Shown piece after piece: positions 8,293-17,951 of a DNA stretch of 32,000 nt. Below the pieces are notes generated by a model, which made no database searches, was not told the DNA's origin, and saw only the letters and a list, made by a program, of their open reading frames with translations. The position numbers and the translations under genes are program-made. This DNA comes from Psychrobacter cryohalolentis K5. GTDB lineage: Bacteria > Pseudomonadota > Gammaproteobacteria > Pseudomonadales > Moraxellaceae. Each line of letters opens with the position of its first letter. The first letter of the stretch is position 1. Where the stretch lies: assembly GCF_000013905.1 (NCBI RefSeq), contig NC_007969.1:2040001-2072000 (forward strand), read 5' to 3'.

Positions 8293-11200
8293 CTAAACCG
8301 ACTCTACCACCATATGCTTGCTAAAATAGCTTAATAACTCTTGAATCACCGTGACACGCTGCTGCGGTGTTGCCAATTTATCAGCATCCTGATAGCGAAT
8401 GCCAGAAGCACCATTCATACGATAGTGCTGCCCATTTGCTTGAATTAGTTTAATAATCGCCAAAGCATCGACCGGGGTATCGGGTGCAAACTCTAATGTC
8501 ATGCTATTACTATTGGCATCAATTTTATTAATTTTCAAAGGCTCGGCTTGTATGCGTAGACCATGAACCGCAAATAACTGCTTGGTCTGGTCTGGCAAAA
8601 CACCAAAACGATCAATCATTTCAGTTCGAATATCAGTCAATGCTTCTTTATCATCGGCATTGCCAATACGTTTATAAAATAACAAACGCTGATGCACATC
8701 ATGCAGATACTCTTCTGGTATCAGTGCCGAGCTATGCAGATTAATTTCGCTGGTTAGCGATAATGGTGTACTTAAATCAGGCTCTTTACCGGCTTTAATC
8801 GCCTTCGTTGCTCGCTCCAGCATATCCATATATAGACTGAAACCAATTGCCTGCATATTACCACTTTGCTGCTTACCAAGTATTTCCCCAGCACCGCGAA
8901 TCTCTAAATCTTCACTTGCCAGCATAAAGCCTGCACCTAATGTGTTAGCGCGCTCAATAGCATGCAATCGGCGCTTGGCATCCCCTTTAAGCCCCTTAAT
9001 AGACGGTACAAGTAAATAGCAATAAGCTTGATGATGACTTCGACCCACGCGACCACGCAACTGATGTAATTGAGCCAAACCAAACTTATCCGCGCGCTCT
9101 ATAATAATGGTATTAGCATTCGGTACATCAATACCGGTTTCGATAATGGTCGAACAAATTAGCACATTGAATTTTTTATGATAATACTGCTGCATGACTT
9201 GTTCTAGTTGACGCTCTTGCATTTGCCCATGAGCGACCCCTACTCGCGCTTCAGGCACCAGTTCACGTATGGTCTCTGCCATGCGCTCAATACTCGCCAC
9301 ATCATTATGCAATAGATAAACTTGTCCACCACGCAACAGCTCACGCAAGATAGCCTCTTTCATCAAAGCGTCAGTCTTCTGCATGACAAAGGTCTTAATC
9401 GCAAGACGACGGGCTGGTGGCGTGGCAATAATCGACATATCACGCATACCCGAGAGCGCCATATTGAGCGTTCTCGGGATGGGCGTCGCTGTCATCGACA
9501 TACTATCGACATCAGTCTGAATCGCCTTAATACGCTCTTTATGGCGCACTCCAAAGCGATGTTCTTCGTCAACAATCATTAGACCTAGATTAGAGAACTT
9601 TACATCGGGCTGTAATAACTTATGCGTACCAATGACGATATCAACCTTGCCTGCCGCCAGGTCTGTTAGCACAGTGTCTTGATGTTTTTTACCGCCAAAG
9701 CGCGAAAGCGTTTCAATACGTACTGGCCAATCAGCAAAACGATTGCGGAAATTGTCTTCATGCTGACCGGCTAGCAAGGTAGTCGGCACCAGCACCGCTA
9801 CTTGATAACCAGCACTGACCGCAATGAATGCCGCGCGCATGGCTACTTCCGTTTTACCAAAACCTACATCACCACAGATGAGACGATCCATGGGCTGATT
9901 CTGCTTCATATCTTCCATGACTGCATGAATAGCGCTGGCTTGATCCGGTGTTTCTTCAAAGGCAAACTGACTAGCAAACAGCTCGTATTGCGAGATATCT
10001 ATTTTAAAATGAATACCGACCTTTGCCTCACGCCGTGCTTGTATATTAAGCAACTCAGCTGCGACATCATGGATTTGCTCGAGCGCTTTTTGCTTGGCTT
10101 TGTCCCATTTTCCACTACCAATCTTGTGCAATGGTGCAAGCGCTGGGTCGCCGCCGCTATAGCGATTAATCATTTGCAGATTGGCAACCGGCACGTAAAT
10201 ACTGGCATCATCAGCGTATTTTAAGTGAATAAATTCTTGCTCACCATCTCCGACATCTAAGGTTATTAAACCATTATAACGTCCAATGCCATGCTCAATA
10301 TGGACGACTGGACTGCCATCAGTTATTTCAGTCACGCTTTTAACCAAGAATTCTTCTGATACACCGCTTTGGCGACGACGGCGCGTTTGCAGCACTTGCC
10401 GACCAAATAATTGTGTCTCACTAATCAACACCAAGCGCTCAGGAACATAGACGCCACGTTCAATAGGTGCAACCGTTAGACCAACCTGTGGCAACTTGCT
10501 ATCTTTAAAACCAGTGCTTTTATCGGCGGCTAAAAACGTTTCAAAGCTGTCATAAGCCTTGATGTCGATTTTACCTTTAAACAGCTCAATAAGAATCTCA
10601 CGGCGACCCGCTGTTTCAGCGACAATCAATACTGGTGTTGCTGTTTGCGCTTGTAGCTCTAAAAACGCTAGCAGCTCAGTAAGTGGCTCTGCTTTTTGAT
10701 GATTGACGGCCAACTGTGGCGGCTCTTGCGCACTTAAGGTGACCAAGCCTTGTTGCTTATTCTGAACAAAATCTAACTGTGGTTGCTCAGATAACTGTAA
10801 TGGACTCTCCAATACTGTCTCGTCAATCGCAGATGCATCATTCATTGTCGACAGTTCATTACGTGCACTGAGTATCACCCGTGGATAATGATTGAGATGC
10901 TCGTTAAGAGTGTTTGACAATAGATACAGCAACTCAGGGGCGACAATAGGTTTATCAATATCATGACGGCGCTCTTCATAGCGGCGCTGGATTTGCGACC
11001 AATAATCCGCCTGTTTCTCGTTAATAAGCTCATCAGTGATGAATAGCGTATCGCTTGGCAGATAAGCAAATAAACTACTCTCTACCGTCCAATCTTTTAA
11101 ATCAAAAAACAGTGGCTGATAATATTCCAATCCGCTACTCGCAATGCCTGCCATCACATCTTTATGTAATTCGAACTTACGGCTATTGCTATTGGGGAAC

Positions 11201-12039
11201 AGGGCAGCAAAATTGGTGCGAAAGGTTTCACGCCCTTCATCAAGTGGAAACTCTTTTGCGGGTAGGATCTGAAACTGTTTAATAGGCTTTGAGATATCTG
11301 GCAGTTTATGCAGTAGCGACAATGACTCTTTGCCCATACTACTATCGTTGCCACTCATCATGACTTTTAGGTCATCGACAGTTAATGTCCGTTGGGTCTG
11401 CGGATTAAAGAAGCGAATCGTTTCGATTTCATCATCGAATAAGTCCAGACGTAGCGGGAATGGCTGACCCATGGCAAAGATATCAATGATACTACCACGT
11501 ACCGCAAATTCCCCCGGCTCAAAAACGTTGTCTACCGCTCGATAACCTGCTTTTGCTAATAAGGTACGTTGGGTATTGATATCAAATTGATCGCCAACAC
11601 TTAAATCAAAATGCTGTCCAATTAACCAGCTTGGCGGTGCGACGCGGTGCATTAATGCTTGCACAGATATCAATAGCACGCCTGACGTTGGCATATCAGT
11701 TAATAAATTGATACGCTCGCTGACAATATCTTGATGCGGTGACAACTCATCATAGGTCAGCGTCTCCCAATCAGGAAATACATGAGCATCCACGCCGCAA
11801 AACGCCAATTCTGTCTCTATTTGATTCAGCTGATTTTGGTCACGCGTCACTACGACTTTTAGACGCTCGACAACATTCCATATAGGTGCTTGTACTAAAC
11901 TTGCCAGCCATAAGCTGCTGACTGCACCGTGCACAGGTGCAAGCCAGCGACGCTGGGCATTTTGGATAGGGAATAATTGCTGGTTAATCGGGGCAAAGGC
12001 GTCAGTCAAAGCAGTGATAGGCATAAAGGGTAAGATCAA
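8293..12039 (-). CDS. mfd: Transcription-repair coupling factor Mfd
   Basis: 1248 aa. Walker A LICGDVGFGKTEVAMRAA, DEEHRFGV box, helicase motif VI QLRGRVGRS, UvrB-homology N-terminus. The track start is TTG 12039; ATG 12024 (MPITALTD) is an alternative. Confidence 0.96.
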   Translation of the reverse strand: MILPFMPITALTDAFAPINQQLFPIQNAQRRWLAPVHGAVSSLWLASLVQAPIWNVVERLKVVVTRDQNQLNQIETELAFCGVDAHVFPDWETLTYDELSPHQDIVSERINLLTDMPTSGVLLISVQALMHRVAPPSWLIGQHFDLSVGDQFDINTQRTLLAKAGYRAVDNVFEPGEFAVRGSIIDIFAMGQPFPLRLDLFDDEIETIRFFNPQTQRTLTVDDLKVMMSGNDSSMGKESLSLLHKLPDISKPIKQFQILPAKEFPLDEGRETFRTNFAALFPNSNSRKFELHKDVMAGIASSGLEYYQPLFFDLKDWTVESSLFAYLPSDTLFITDELINEKQADYWSQIQRRYEERRHDIDKPIVAPELLYLLSNTLNEHLNHYPRVILSARNELSTMNDASAIDETVLESPLQLSEQPQLDFVQNKQQGLVTLSAQEPPQLAVNHQKAEPLTELLAFLELQAQTATPVLIVAETAGRREILIELFKGKIDIKAYDSFETFLAADKSTGFKDSKLPQVGLTVAPIERGVYVPERLVLISETQLFGRQVLQTRRRRQSGVSEEFLVKSVTEITDGSPVVHIEHGIGRYNGLITLDVGDGEQEFIHLKYADDASIYVPVANLQMINRYSGGDPALAPLHKIGSGKWDKAKQKALEQIHDVAAELLNIQARREAKVGIHFKIDISQYELFASQFAFEETPDQASAIHAVMEDMKQNQPMDRLICGDVGFGKTEVAMRAAFIAVSAGYQVAVLVPTTLLAGQHEDNFRNRFADWPVRIETLSRFGGKKHQDTVLTDLAAGKVDIVIGTHKLLQPDVKFSNLGLMIVDEEHRFGVRHKERIKAIQTDVDSMSMTATPIPRTLNMALSGMRDMSIIATPPARRLAIKTFVMQKTDALMKEAILRELLRGGQVYLLHNDVASIERMAETIRELVPEARVGVAHGQMQERQLEQVMQQYYHKKFNVLICSTIIETGIDVPNANTIIIERADKFGLAQLHQLRGRVGRSHHQAYCYLLVPSIKGLKGDAKRRLHAIERANTLGAGFMLASEDLEIRGAGEILGKQQSGNMQAIGFSLYMDMLERATKAIKAGKEPDLSTPLSLTSEINLHSSALIPEEYLHDVHQRLLFYKRIGNADDKEALTDIRTEMIDRFGVLPDQTKQLFAVHGLRIQAEPLKINKIDANSNSMTLEFAPDTPVDALAIIKLIQANGQHYRMNGASGIRYQDADKLATPQQRVTVIQELLSYFSKHMVVESV

Positions 12040-12185
12040 TGTTAAGAGTCAGAAAGCTATTATACGAATATTTGCGCAATTACCAAAATTTATGCCGTAA
12101 CGGTTTGTCACATAGCATTATTATAGATAACACCAAGAGCAAAACACTTTATAAAATAAAGATTTATTGCTAAGAATAGGGCTGA

Positions 12186-12222
12186 TAAACGAAAAGACCT
12201 TAGCTTGCGAGCCAAGGTCTTT
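12186..12222 (-). terminator. Rho-independent terminator downstream of rraA
   Basis: AAGACCTTAGC-ttgcga-GCCAAGGTCTT (one mismatch). The - strand continues CTTTTCGTTT. Confidence 0.6.
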
Positions 12223-12253
12223 ATAGGGAACTCTTCAAAAACAGACTTTGTCT

Positions 12254-12787
12254 TTAAATTAATGGCTTGTCACTAGCGATAATGCCGTTATTGTCTGCGT
12301 AGACAAACATACCAGAATTTAGCGTTAAATCACCAAAGCTGATTTCAAGATCGGTTTGACCTTCATCGCGGCGATTTGATTTACGCGGGATACAACCAAG
12401 CGCCATTACCCCGATGTCCATTGCTGCCATATCATCAACATCACGAACACAGCCATACACCACAACCCCTGCCCAGCCATTATCAATAGCCGACTGTGCA
12501 ATCATGTCACCTAACAGCGCACAACGCATCGAACCACCGCCGTCAACGACCAACACCTTGCCATTACCGTCTTTGTCTTTACCATCATTGTTAAGCAACG
12601 ATTTGACGCGACTATTATCTTCAAAACATTTGACGGTCACAATCTCACCGCAGAATTTGTCTTTGCCGCCAAAACTATAAAACGATTTACCTTCGATATT
12701 AGGCAGGCATACCTGTGATTCAGGATTGGCATCTAATAAATCACAAGTTACAAAGTTTTCTTTGGTCATTGTTACTGATTCTGGCAT
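12254..12787 (-). CDS. rraA: RraA family protein (RNase E regulator / 4-hydroxy-4-methyl-2-oxoglutarate aldolase family)
   Basis: 177 aa. TVKCFEDNS, VLVVDGGGS and YGCVRDVDD segments match E. coli RraA. AAGGAG SD 7 nt upstream of ATG 12787. Confidence 0.88.
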   Translation of the reverse strand: MPESVTMTKENFVTCDLLDANPESQVCLPNIEGKSFYSFGGKDKFCGEIVTVKCFEDNSRVKSLLNNDGKDKDGNGKVLVVDGGGSMRCALLGDMIAQSAIDNGWAGVVVYGCVRDVDDMAAMDIGVMALGCIPRKSNRRDEGQTDLEISFGDLTLNSGMFVYADNNGIIASDKPLI

Positions 12788-12855
12788 GGTGAGACTCCTT
12801 GTCTGTTATGGTTAAATTGTTTTAACTTATTAAACTTAAACATTACTTAGGCTAT

Positions 12856-12866
12856 TTACTATAGTA
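12856..12866. repeat. Copy 1 of the 11-mer TTACTATAGTA (contains 10-bp palindrome TACTATAGTA)
   Basis: Read directly. It lies 69 bp upstream of the rraA start. Confidence 0.8.
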
Positions 12867-13002
12867 TAGTTTATCCTAGATAAAACCGATACATCATGTT
12901 TTGACGCGGCACTAGTATAAATTTTTCTATCTTGCTGTGCCTGCGCAGACAGAGGCTGCAAAAAATTCATTCTAGTCCCGCTGTATCGTTTTTATACTGA
13001 GC

Positions 13003-13013
13003 TTACTATAGTA
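13003..13013. repeat. Copy 2 of the 11-mer TTACTATAGTA
   Basis: Read directly. It starts 147 bp from copy 1, about 30 bp downstream of the stop of the SDR gene. Confidence 0.8.
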
Positions 13014-13042
13014 ATAAATGTAAAAGTTATCTGATTAATAGC

Positions 13043-13744
13043 TTAATATTTTACGCGGGTCATAGCAAGCATCTGTTTATTTTCGATAATATCAGTGGTT
13101 TTAATCGCGGGTTCGCTGCGGTATTTACTACGATGATAGATCTCATGGGCGCTCATCGCCATGGCACTAGCGACACGCTTAGCTGAAATAGGATGTAAGG
13201 ATAGTGACTCGGACACCAATGGCGAGATAAGCTGAAATGCTTTTTGTCCCAGACTTTCAAGCGGGCGACCCTTATGTTTACCAAGTAGTAACGACGGACG
13301 GAAAATAACCAATTGGGCAAACCCTAATGCCATTATGGACTCTTCCGTTTCAGCCTTTACCCGATTATATAAAAAGCGACTGTTGATGTCCGCATTCATC
13401 GAGGACAATAAAAAGAAGTTTTCAACGCCTTTCTCTTGGCAAAGTTTGGCGAAACCAACATTATAATCATGGTCAATCTTGCGAAAAACTTCATCACTAC
13501 CCGCTTGTTTTTTGGTGGTGCCCAAGCAACTAAAAGCATCCGTTTTTCGATCAGCGCCAATGCTTGCAAAGATTTCGGCTAAGTTGTCAAAATCATTCAC
13601 CTGATAAAAACGCATGCTCGCATTGATGTAACGAGGCGGACGCCGTGCAATCACAATCAATGTGTCATAAATCTCACTCAGCTGCTTTACAAGATGTTGC
13701 CCGACCAATCCCGTTGCACCTATTACCATTGCTTTTCGCTGCAT
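13043..13744 (-). CDS. NAD(P)H-binding atypical SDR (HTATIP2/CC3-like oxidoreductase family)
   Basis: 233 aa. N-terminal Rossmann motif VIGATGLVG, FSCLGTT, and LSSMNA...YNRVKAETE resembling the SSxGA...Y..xKG.E pattern of this family. Substrate unknown. Confidence 0.7.
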   Translation of the reverse strand: MQRKAMVIGATGLVGQHLVKQLSEIYDTLIVIARRPPRYINASMRFYQVNDFDNLAEIFASIGADRKTDAFSCLGTTKKQAGSDEVFRKIDHDYNVGFAKLCQEKGVENFFLLSSMNADINSRFLYNRVKAETEESIMALGFAQLVIFRPSLLLGKHKGRPLESLGQKAFQLISPLVSESLSLHPISAKRVASAMAMSAHEIYHRSKYRSEPAIKTTDIIENKQMLAMTRVKY

Positions 13745-13956
13745 ATCCTATCCATTTATAGAGTGTTGGAATACTTATGATCGTAAAAAATGTGACTTTT
13801 TAAAGCCCGTCGGTGACGCTGACCACTGTAGTATCATACCTAAATTAATCAATCATCGAGGCTATTATGCATGATTTATTGTAAGAGATTTTATCAGCAA
13901 ACAGTTTCACTCAGCTCATACACTCATTTAGACTCAAATACTCACTCAATATTATG

Positions 13957-13978
13957 ATAAATACCTTTATAAATACCT
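13957..13978. repeat. Direct repeat ATAAATACCT x2 with 12-bp period
   Basis: Read directly at 13957-13966 and 13969-13978, in the 528-bp region upstream of rpsT. Confidence 0.75.
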
Positions 13979-14272
13979 ATTAAAGGCATAAAATCCCGCT
14001 CATCCACGTAATGCCGTAACTTCTTTGAGCATTAATCATCAAACTTATTGTCCTAAGGGCGATAATTTGCTAAGATAACCGGCTTTACACGTCAACGCTG
14101 TTTAATTATTCCAAACAGTTTTGGCGCTTGCGATGATTTATTACTATCAGATACTTTAATAGTAGGCATCGACATCATGTTCGGCGAGACGGCTGCTCGT
14201 TATCAATGATGGTTAAACCCTTTATTGCAATCCACATTCATAATTTTATCTGTCTTTATCAAGGAGATTCGC

Positions 14273-14539
14273 GTGGCTAATACTGCACAAGCTCGTAAAC
14301 GCGCCCGTCAAAACACCAAACGTCGTCAGAACTCTGCGTCACAACGCTCTATGGTTCGTACTTATTTGAAACGTGTTGACGCGGCTATCGCTGCTAAAGA
14401 TTATGACGCGGCTACCGAAGCTTACAAAAAAGCGGTACCGGTTCTTGATCGTATGGCTGACAAAGGTATTCTTCATAAGAATAAAGCTGCTCGTCGTAAG
14501 AGCCGCCTAAACAAAACCATCAAAGGCTTACTAGCTTAA
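14273..14539 (+). CDS. rpsT: 30S ribosomal protein S20
   Basis: GTG 14273 is preceded by an AAGGAG SD (14261-14266) and gives an 88-aa protein, (M)ANTAQARKRARQ...HKNKAARRKSRL, colinear with 87-aa E. coli S20. The 104-aa track ORF from 14225 is an upstream over-extension. Confidence 0.93.
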   Translation: MANTAQARKRARQNTKRRQNSASQRSMVRTYLKRVDAAIAAKDYDAATEAYKKAVPVLDRMADKGILHKNKAARRKSRLNKTIKGLLA

Positions 14540-14585
14540 GATTGGTTGCGTTTAGACCGTATGATGCTTCGATAACATCATAACT

Positions 14586-14627
14586 AAAACCTTGTCACTG
14601 GTTCTAATACTGGGGCAAGGTTTTTTT
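14586..14627 (+). terminator. Rho-independent terminator of rpsT
   Basis: AAAACCTTGTC...GGGCAAGG stem followed by seven T. Confidence 0.7.
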
Positions 14628-14667
14628 ATGCCTGCTCAAAAGTAATTAATAATTTCGTAAATAACGC

Positions 14668-15504
14668 TTATGTCCATTTTACTTCTGGTGGCAATAATAG
14701 TTTATTTGGATGAAAGCCAGCAGTACGGTAGGCTTCAAGCAAAGTGTGTATTGGACGTACATAAACTTCACCGCGCCAGACAAAATACGCACTTGCCTGC
14801 TCGAATGGCTTGTCATCAAACCACAAAAATACCCCTTCCATCATTTTTGGCCAATCGTTCCAATCAATCTCAACAACATCAAACATCACTGCTAAGAATG
14901 CAGATAATAAAGTGTCATGGCTGACAGCGAGCATTAGATGCCCGTGTTGCGGCTGATTTTGATAAAAAAGCGACAGAATATCGAGACCGCCCTGATAAGC
15001 GTTTTTAGTGCCTTCAAGATTGCCTTGCAAGAATCGATTGATAAAATTGAGAACACCAATCTCTTTAAAGATGGGGTTTGCAATATCAGGTTCGGTCACT
15101 AAGCTACCAGGCTCAACCAACAATGACTGGTGAGCGATATCACGCCGTAGTCCTGCCCCTTCTTGCATTAGCTGCGCCGTATCAAGACAGCGACCAATCG
15201 GGCTTGAGATGCTATCAACATCGAGCGAATACGGCAGATGTCCTGCCAACCAACGACCCCAAGATTTTGCCAATACACGACCTTTGGGTGTCAATGGCAG
15301 CTGATAACTGGCAAAGCCATTACCATCAGAACGCTCACGCAGAGAATGTCTGGTAAATAAAATCAGGCGCTTATCTTCAGGCAACAACCTGACCGACGAC
15401 ATCATACTATCAGGAAGATGTGAGGGCGCTGGTGCACTTGGAGTATGACTCGCAAGCTTCTCAGCGGATAGGCTCGACGTGGTGTTATTAGGAAGTTTAC
15501 TCAT
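14668..15504 (-). CDS. Histidine phosphatase superfamily (phosphoglycerate-mutase-like) protein, substrate unknown
   Basis: LILFTRHSLRE (RH catalytic motif) and AVSHDTLL (second His). Low-complexity Ser/Pro-rich N-terminus. ATG 15504 is preferred; the track uses the adjacent GTG 15507. Confidence 0.7.
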   Translation of the reverse strand: MSKLPNNTTSSLSAEKLASHTPSAPAPSHLPDSMMSSVRLLPEDKRLILFTRHSLRERSDGNGFASYQLPLTPKGRVLAKSWGRWLAGHLPYSLDVDSISSPIGRCLDTAQLMQEGAGLRRDIAHQSLLVEPGSLVTEPDIANPIFKEIGVLNFINRFLQGNLEGTKNAYQGGLDILSLFYQNQPQHGHLMLAVSHDTLLSAFLAVMFDVVEIDWNDWPKMMEGVFLWFDDKPFEQASAYFVWRGEVYVRPIHTLLEAYRTAGFHPNKLLLPPEVKWT

Positions 15505-15669
15505 CACACAAGCCTATCAGATTTTTCGACAGGAATGAACCAAATATAAGTCCAATTGCAATATAATCTAAAGCAAATATATTGAGAGCAGACCCGTTAA
15601 TTTTATGAGAACTGAAACGCTATGACACGGTGAAATCAAAAAAGAAAGACTTATATTTATTACGTTTGA

Positions 15670-16467
15670 CTAACCGATATCAATCACTCTATCCCATGTA
15701 AACGATAATGCCGTACTACTAACCTCATTTGGATAAGCACGCGGATTGACGATAACGCGCGTCTTATGAATGTGGTAATCAAATGCCTCATGCGTATGCC
15801 CATGCACCCATAGTGCTGGTGCCCACTCTTCATACATCCAGCTTGATAAATCACTGATAAATGCGGCATTACTTGGTAGCTCAGCATACTTTTCAGAGAC
15901 AGATAATGGACTGATGCTATGATGACTCATCACCACGGTTTTTTTGCCCAGTGCTTTTGCCGTTATCAATGCTTGTTTAAGCCATTGACGCTGCTTAGCA
16001 TGAATCTGTATCGACATTTCAGGTGAAAACAGCTCGCTGCCGGCATAGATCTGTTTGTAGTCACGCATAAAGCGCATTGCCACTGCCCTAGTCTCTTCAT
16101 TGGCTTGATATTGATAATCTGTCCAAAGCGTACAACCTAAAATGCGCACCTCTCCGATATCAATATGCTGACACTGCAAAAATCGTACGCCCTGCTTTGA
16201 TTCACTATCATAATTGTCCCAAGTCGCCAGCTTTTTATCAAAATGCAGCACGTCTTCATTAAAGTACTCATGATTACCAGCGATAGTGATTAGAGGGACT
16301 TGTAAGCGCGCTGCTTGCTCTTGTAGCCATGGCATACCAATATCGCTATTTGCTGTATCTCCCGCCACCAGTATGATGTCTGCGTCGGTTTTGGGAATAT
16401 GCCCTATCGGATGGGATTGACGTATATAACTGTCAATATGTAAGTCACTCAAAATCTGTAATTTCAT
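15670..16467 (-). CDS. Metallophosphoesterase (calcineurin-like) family protein, substrate unknown
   Basis: 265 aa with the full motif set: SDLHID, AGDTAN, GNHEYF, SHHS, GHTHEAFD. Confidence 0.8.
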   Translation of the reverse strand: MKLQILSDLHIDSYIRQSHPIGHIPKTDADIILVAGDTANSDIGMPWLQEQAARLQVPLITIAGNHEYFNEDVLHFDKKLATWDNYDSESKQGVRFLQCQHIDIGEVRILGCTLWTDYQYQANEETRAVAMRFMRDYKQIYAGSELFSPEMSIQIHAKQRQWLKQALITAKALGKKTVVMSHHSISPLSVSEKYAELPSNAAFISDLSSWMYEEWAPALWVHGHTHEAFDYHIHKTRVIVNPRAYPNEVSSTALSFTWDRVIDIG

Positions 16468-16522
16468 AGCAGCCTATATCATTAAATAAACATAAATAGT
16501 TTAGCACCTTTTCATCTAGGTA

Positions 16523-16567
16523 CAAAAAGTAAAAAGACAGCGGATTAGGCTGTCTTTTTACTTTTTG
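16523..16567 (-). terminator. 19-bp perfect hairpin downstream of pyrF (likely terminator)
   Basis: CAAAAAGTAAAAAGACAGC (16523-16541) / GCTGTCTTTTTACTTTTTG (16549-16567), 7-nt loop. A/T runs lie inside the stem on both strands. Confidence 0.6.
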
Positions 16568-16589
16568 ACTGAAGTATCTGATTGAAAAA

Positions 16590-17288
16590 TTAGAGACTTT
16601 GGAGTATTAACTGTAATTTCGCTGCAGGATCTACTGCTTGAGTAATTGAGCGCCCTATCACCAAATAATCAGAGCCATCAAGTAATGCCTGTTTTGGCGT
16701 ACAAATACGCTTTTGATCATCAGCATTATCATCTAGCAGACGGATACCAGGCGTAATCAGTTTAAAGTCCTGACCACATAATGCCTTTAATGCCTTTGCT
16801 TCTTGTGCTGAGCATACTACACCATCAAGACATGCTTGCTTGGTTAATTGTGCTAAGCGGCTCACTTGTGCCTCTAAGCCGTCGGTGATGCCCGTTTGTA
16901 TGAGTGCTTCATTGTCCATAGATGTTAAGACAGTCACTGCTATCAATAGCGTGTCAAAATCATTATCTAGCAAGCGCTGTTTTGCCAATGACATCGCATC
17001 GTAACCGGCACTTGCATGGACGTTGACCATCCATATACCAAGCTCAGCGGCAGCCAATACTGCTTGTGCAGTGGTATTGGGGATATCGTGAAATTTAAGG
17101 TCTAAAAAAACCTCAAATTGGCGCTGATGCAGTGCTTTGACTATCTCAGGGCCATAGCGGGTATACAGCTCTTTACCTACTTTCAATCGGCATAATGCCG
17201 GATCTAATTGGTCAGCTAATGCAAGAGAGGCATCCTTTGTCATATTATCTAATGCAACGATGACAGGAGAATTAATTGCGTTGTTCAT
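16590..17288 (-). CDS. pyrF: Orotidine 5'-phosphate decarboxylase
   Basis: 232 aa. [14 protein letters not shown] and [12 protein letters not shown] signatures. Confidence 0.95.
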
Positions 17289-17363
17289 TGTTATGCTTCT
17301 TTATATCAGGTTTATCAAATTATTATATTTATAATCAGCAGTGAAAATGCATATTACAAATTA

Positions 17364-17792
17364 TTAGTAATCGCGTTTTTGCTTGGTCAAACTTGACCCA
17401 TCATGCACATTGGCGTTGGGATGAGCATTGGGCATTGTCGTATCCTGTACATTGACCGCTGTTGCACCATAAACAGCTTCTTCTACAGTAGGCGCATTCG
17501 CTTGACGATCAATCACCATATTGGCTTGGGTTATCTGCTCTTGCAAATTGGTATTTGCCTTTTGTAGACGCGATATTTCCCACTTATTTTGCAAAACACG
17601 GAAAATTAGTAGTGCTAACAAGATACCTATAACGATACCAAGTATGAGGCAAAGTATCATTAGCAAGCCTAAATTCATCGTTGGTGCTTGCGAAAACAAA
17701 AGATTGACGCTAACTTCAGTATTGTTTGCCAATACCAAACCTAGCGAGTAAGCGAAGCTCAAAAATAGCAGCACTAATAATAAAATACGCAT
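17364..17792 (-). CDS. lapA: LapA (YciS)-like inner-membrane protein, DUF1049 type
   Basis: 142 aa. Two TM helices, then a basic/coiled segment (RVLQNKWEISRLQKANTNLQEQ), colinear with E. coli LapA. AAGGAG SD 7 nt upstream. Position between ihfB and pyrF. Confidence 0.72.
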   Translation of the reverse strand: MRILLLVLLFLSFAYSLGLVLANNTEVSVNLLFSQAPTMNLGLLMILCLILGIVIGILLALLIFRVLQNKWEISRLQKANTNLQEQITQANMVIDRQANAPTVEEAVYGATAVNVQDTTMPNAHPNANVHDGSSLTKQKRDY

Positions 17793-17951
17793 CAGACGTC
17801 TCCTTAAGTTTTTAATAGAACAGATAAATGGATAAAAACTAAGCCATACTGATTGAGATTACTACGTCATAAAAGGGTTAGTATAAATAAGAAAAATCGG
17901 CTCATACTTTAGTAGTAGATCGGTAGAATATCTTATATTACTTCAACTGGC

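Noticed and set aside
9802-10224. 140-aa ORF antisense to mfd, and similar nested or antisense track ORFs (e.g. 410-652, 1141-1332, 3396-3638, 4927-5223, 7588-7866, 21509-21757, 25116-25376, 30012-30279)
   Set aside because: All lie wholly inside strongly supported conserved genes on the opposite strand or in another frame. They have odd composition (Cys/Ser/Arg/His-rich) and no SD. They are typical shadow ORFs.
8293-12039. Mfd about 100 aa longer than E. coli Mfd, possibly a discrete inserted domain
   Set aside because: The extra residues appear scattered over several linker regions (for example around SSMGKESLSLLHKLPD and STMNDASAIDETVLESPLQLSEQPQLDF) rather than forming one insertion. This looks like ordinary lineage-specific linker expansion.
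14225-14272. Track ORF giving a 104-aa S20 with a hydrophobic N-terminal extension
   Set aside because: The strong AAGGAG SD and the S20 alignment place the start at GTG 14273. The upstream part is non-coding.
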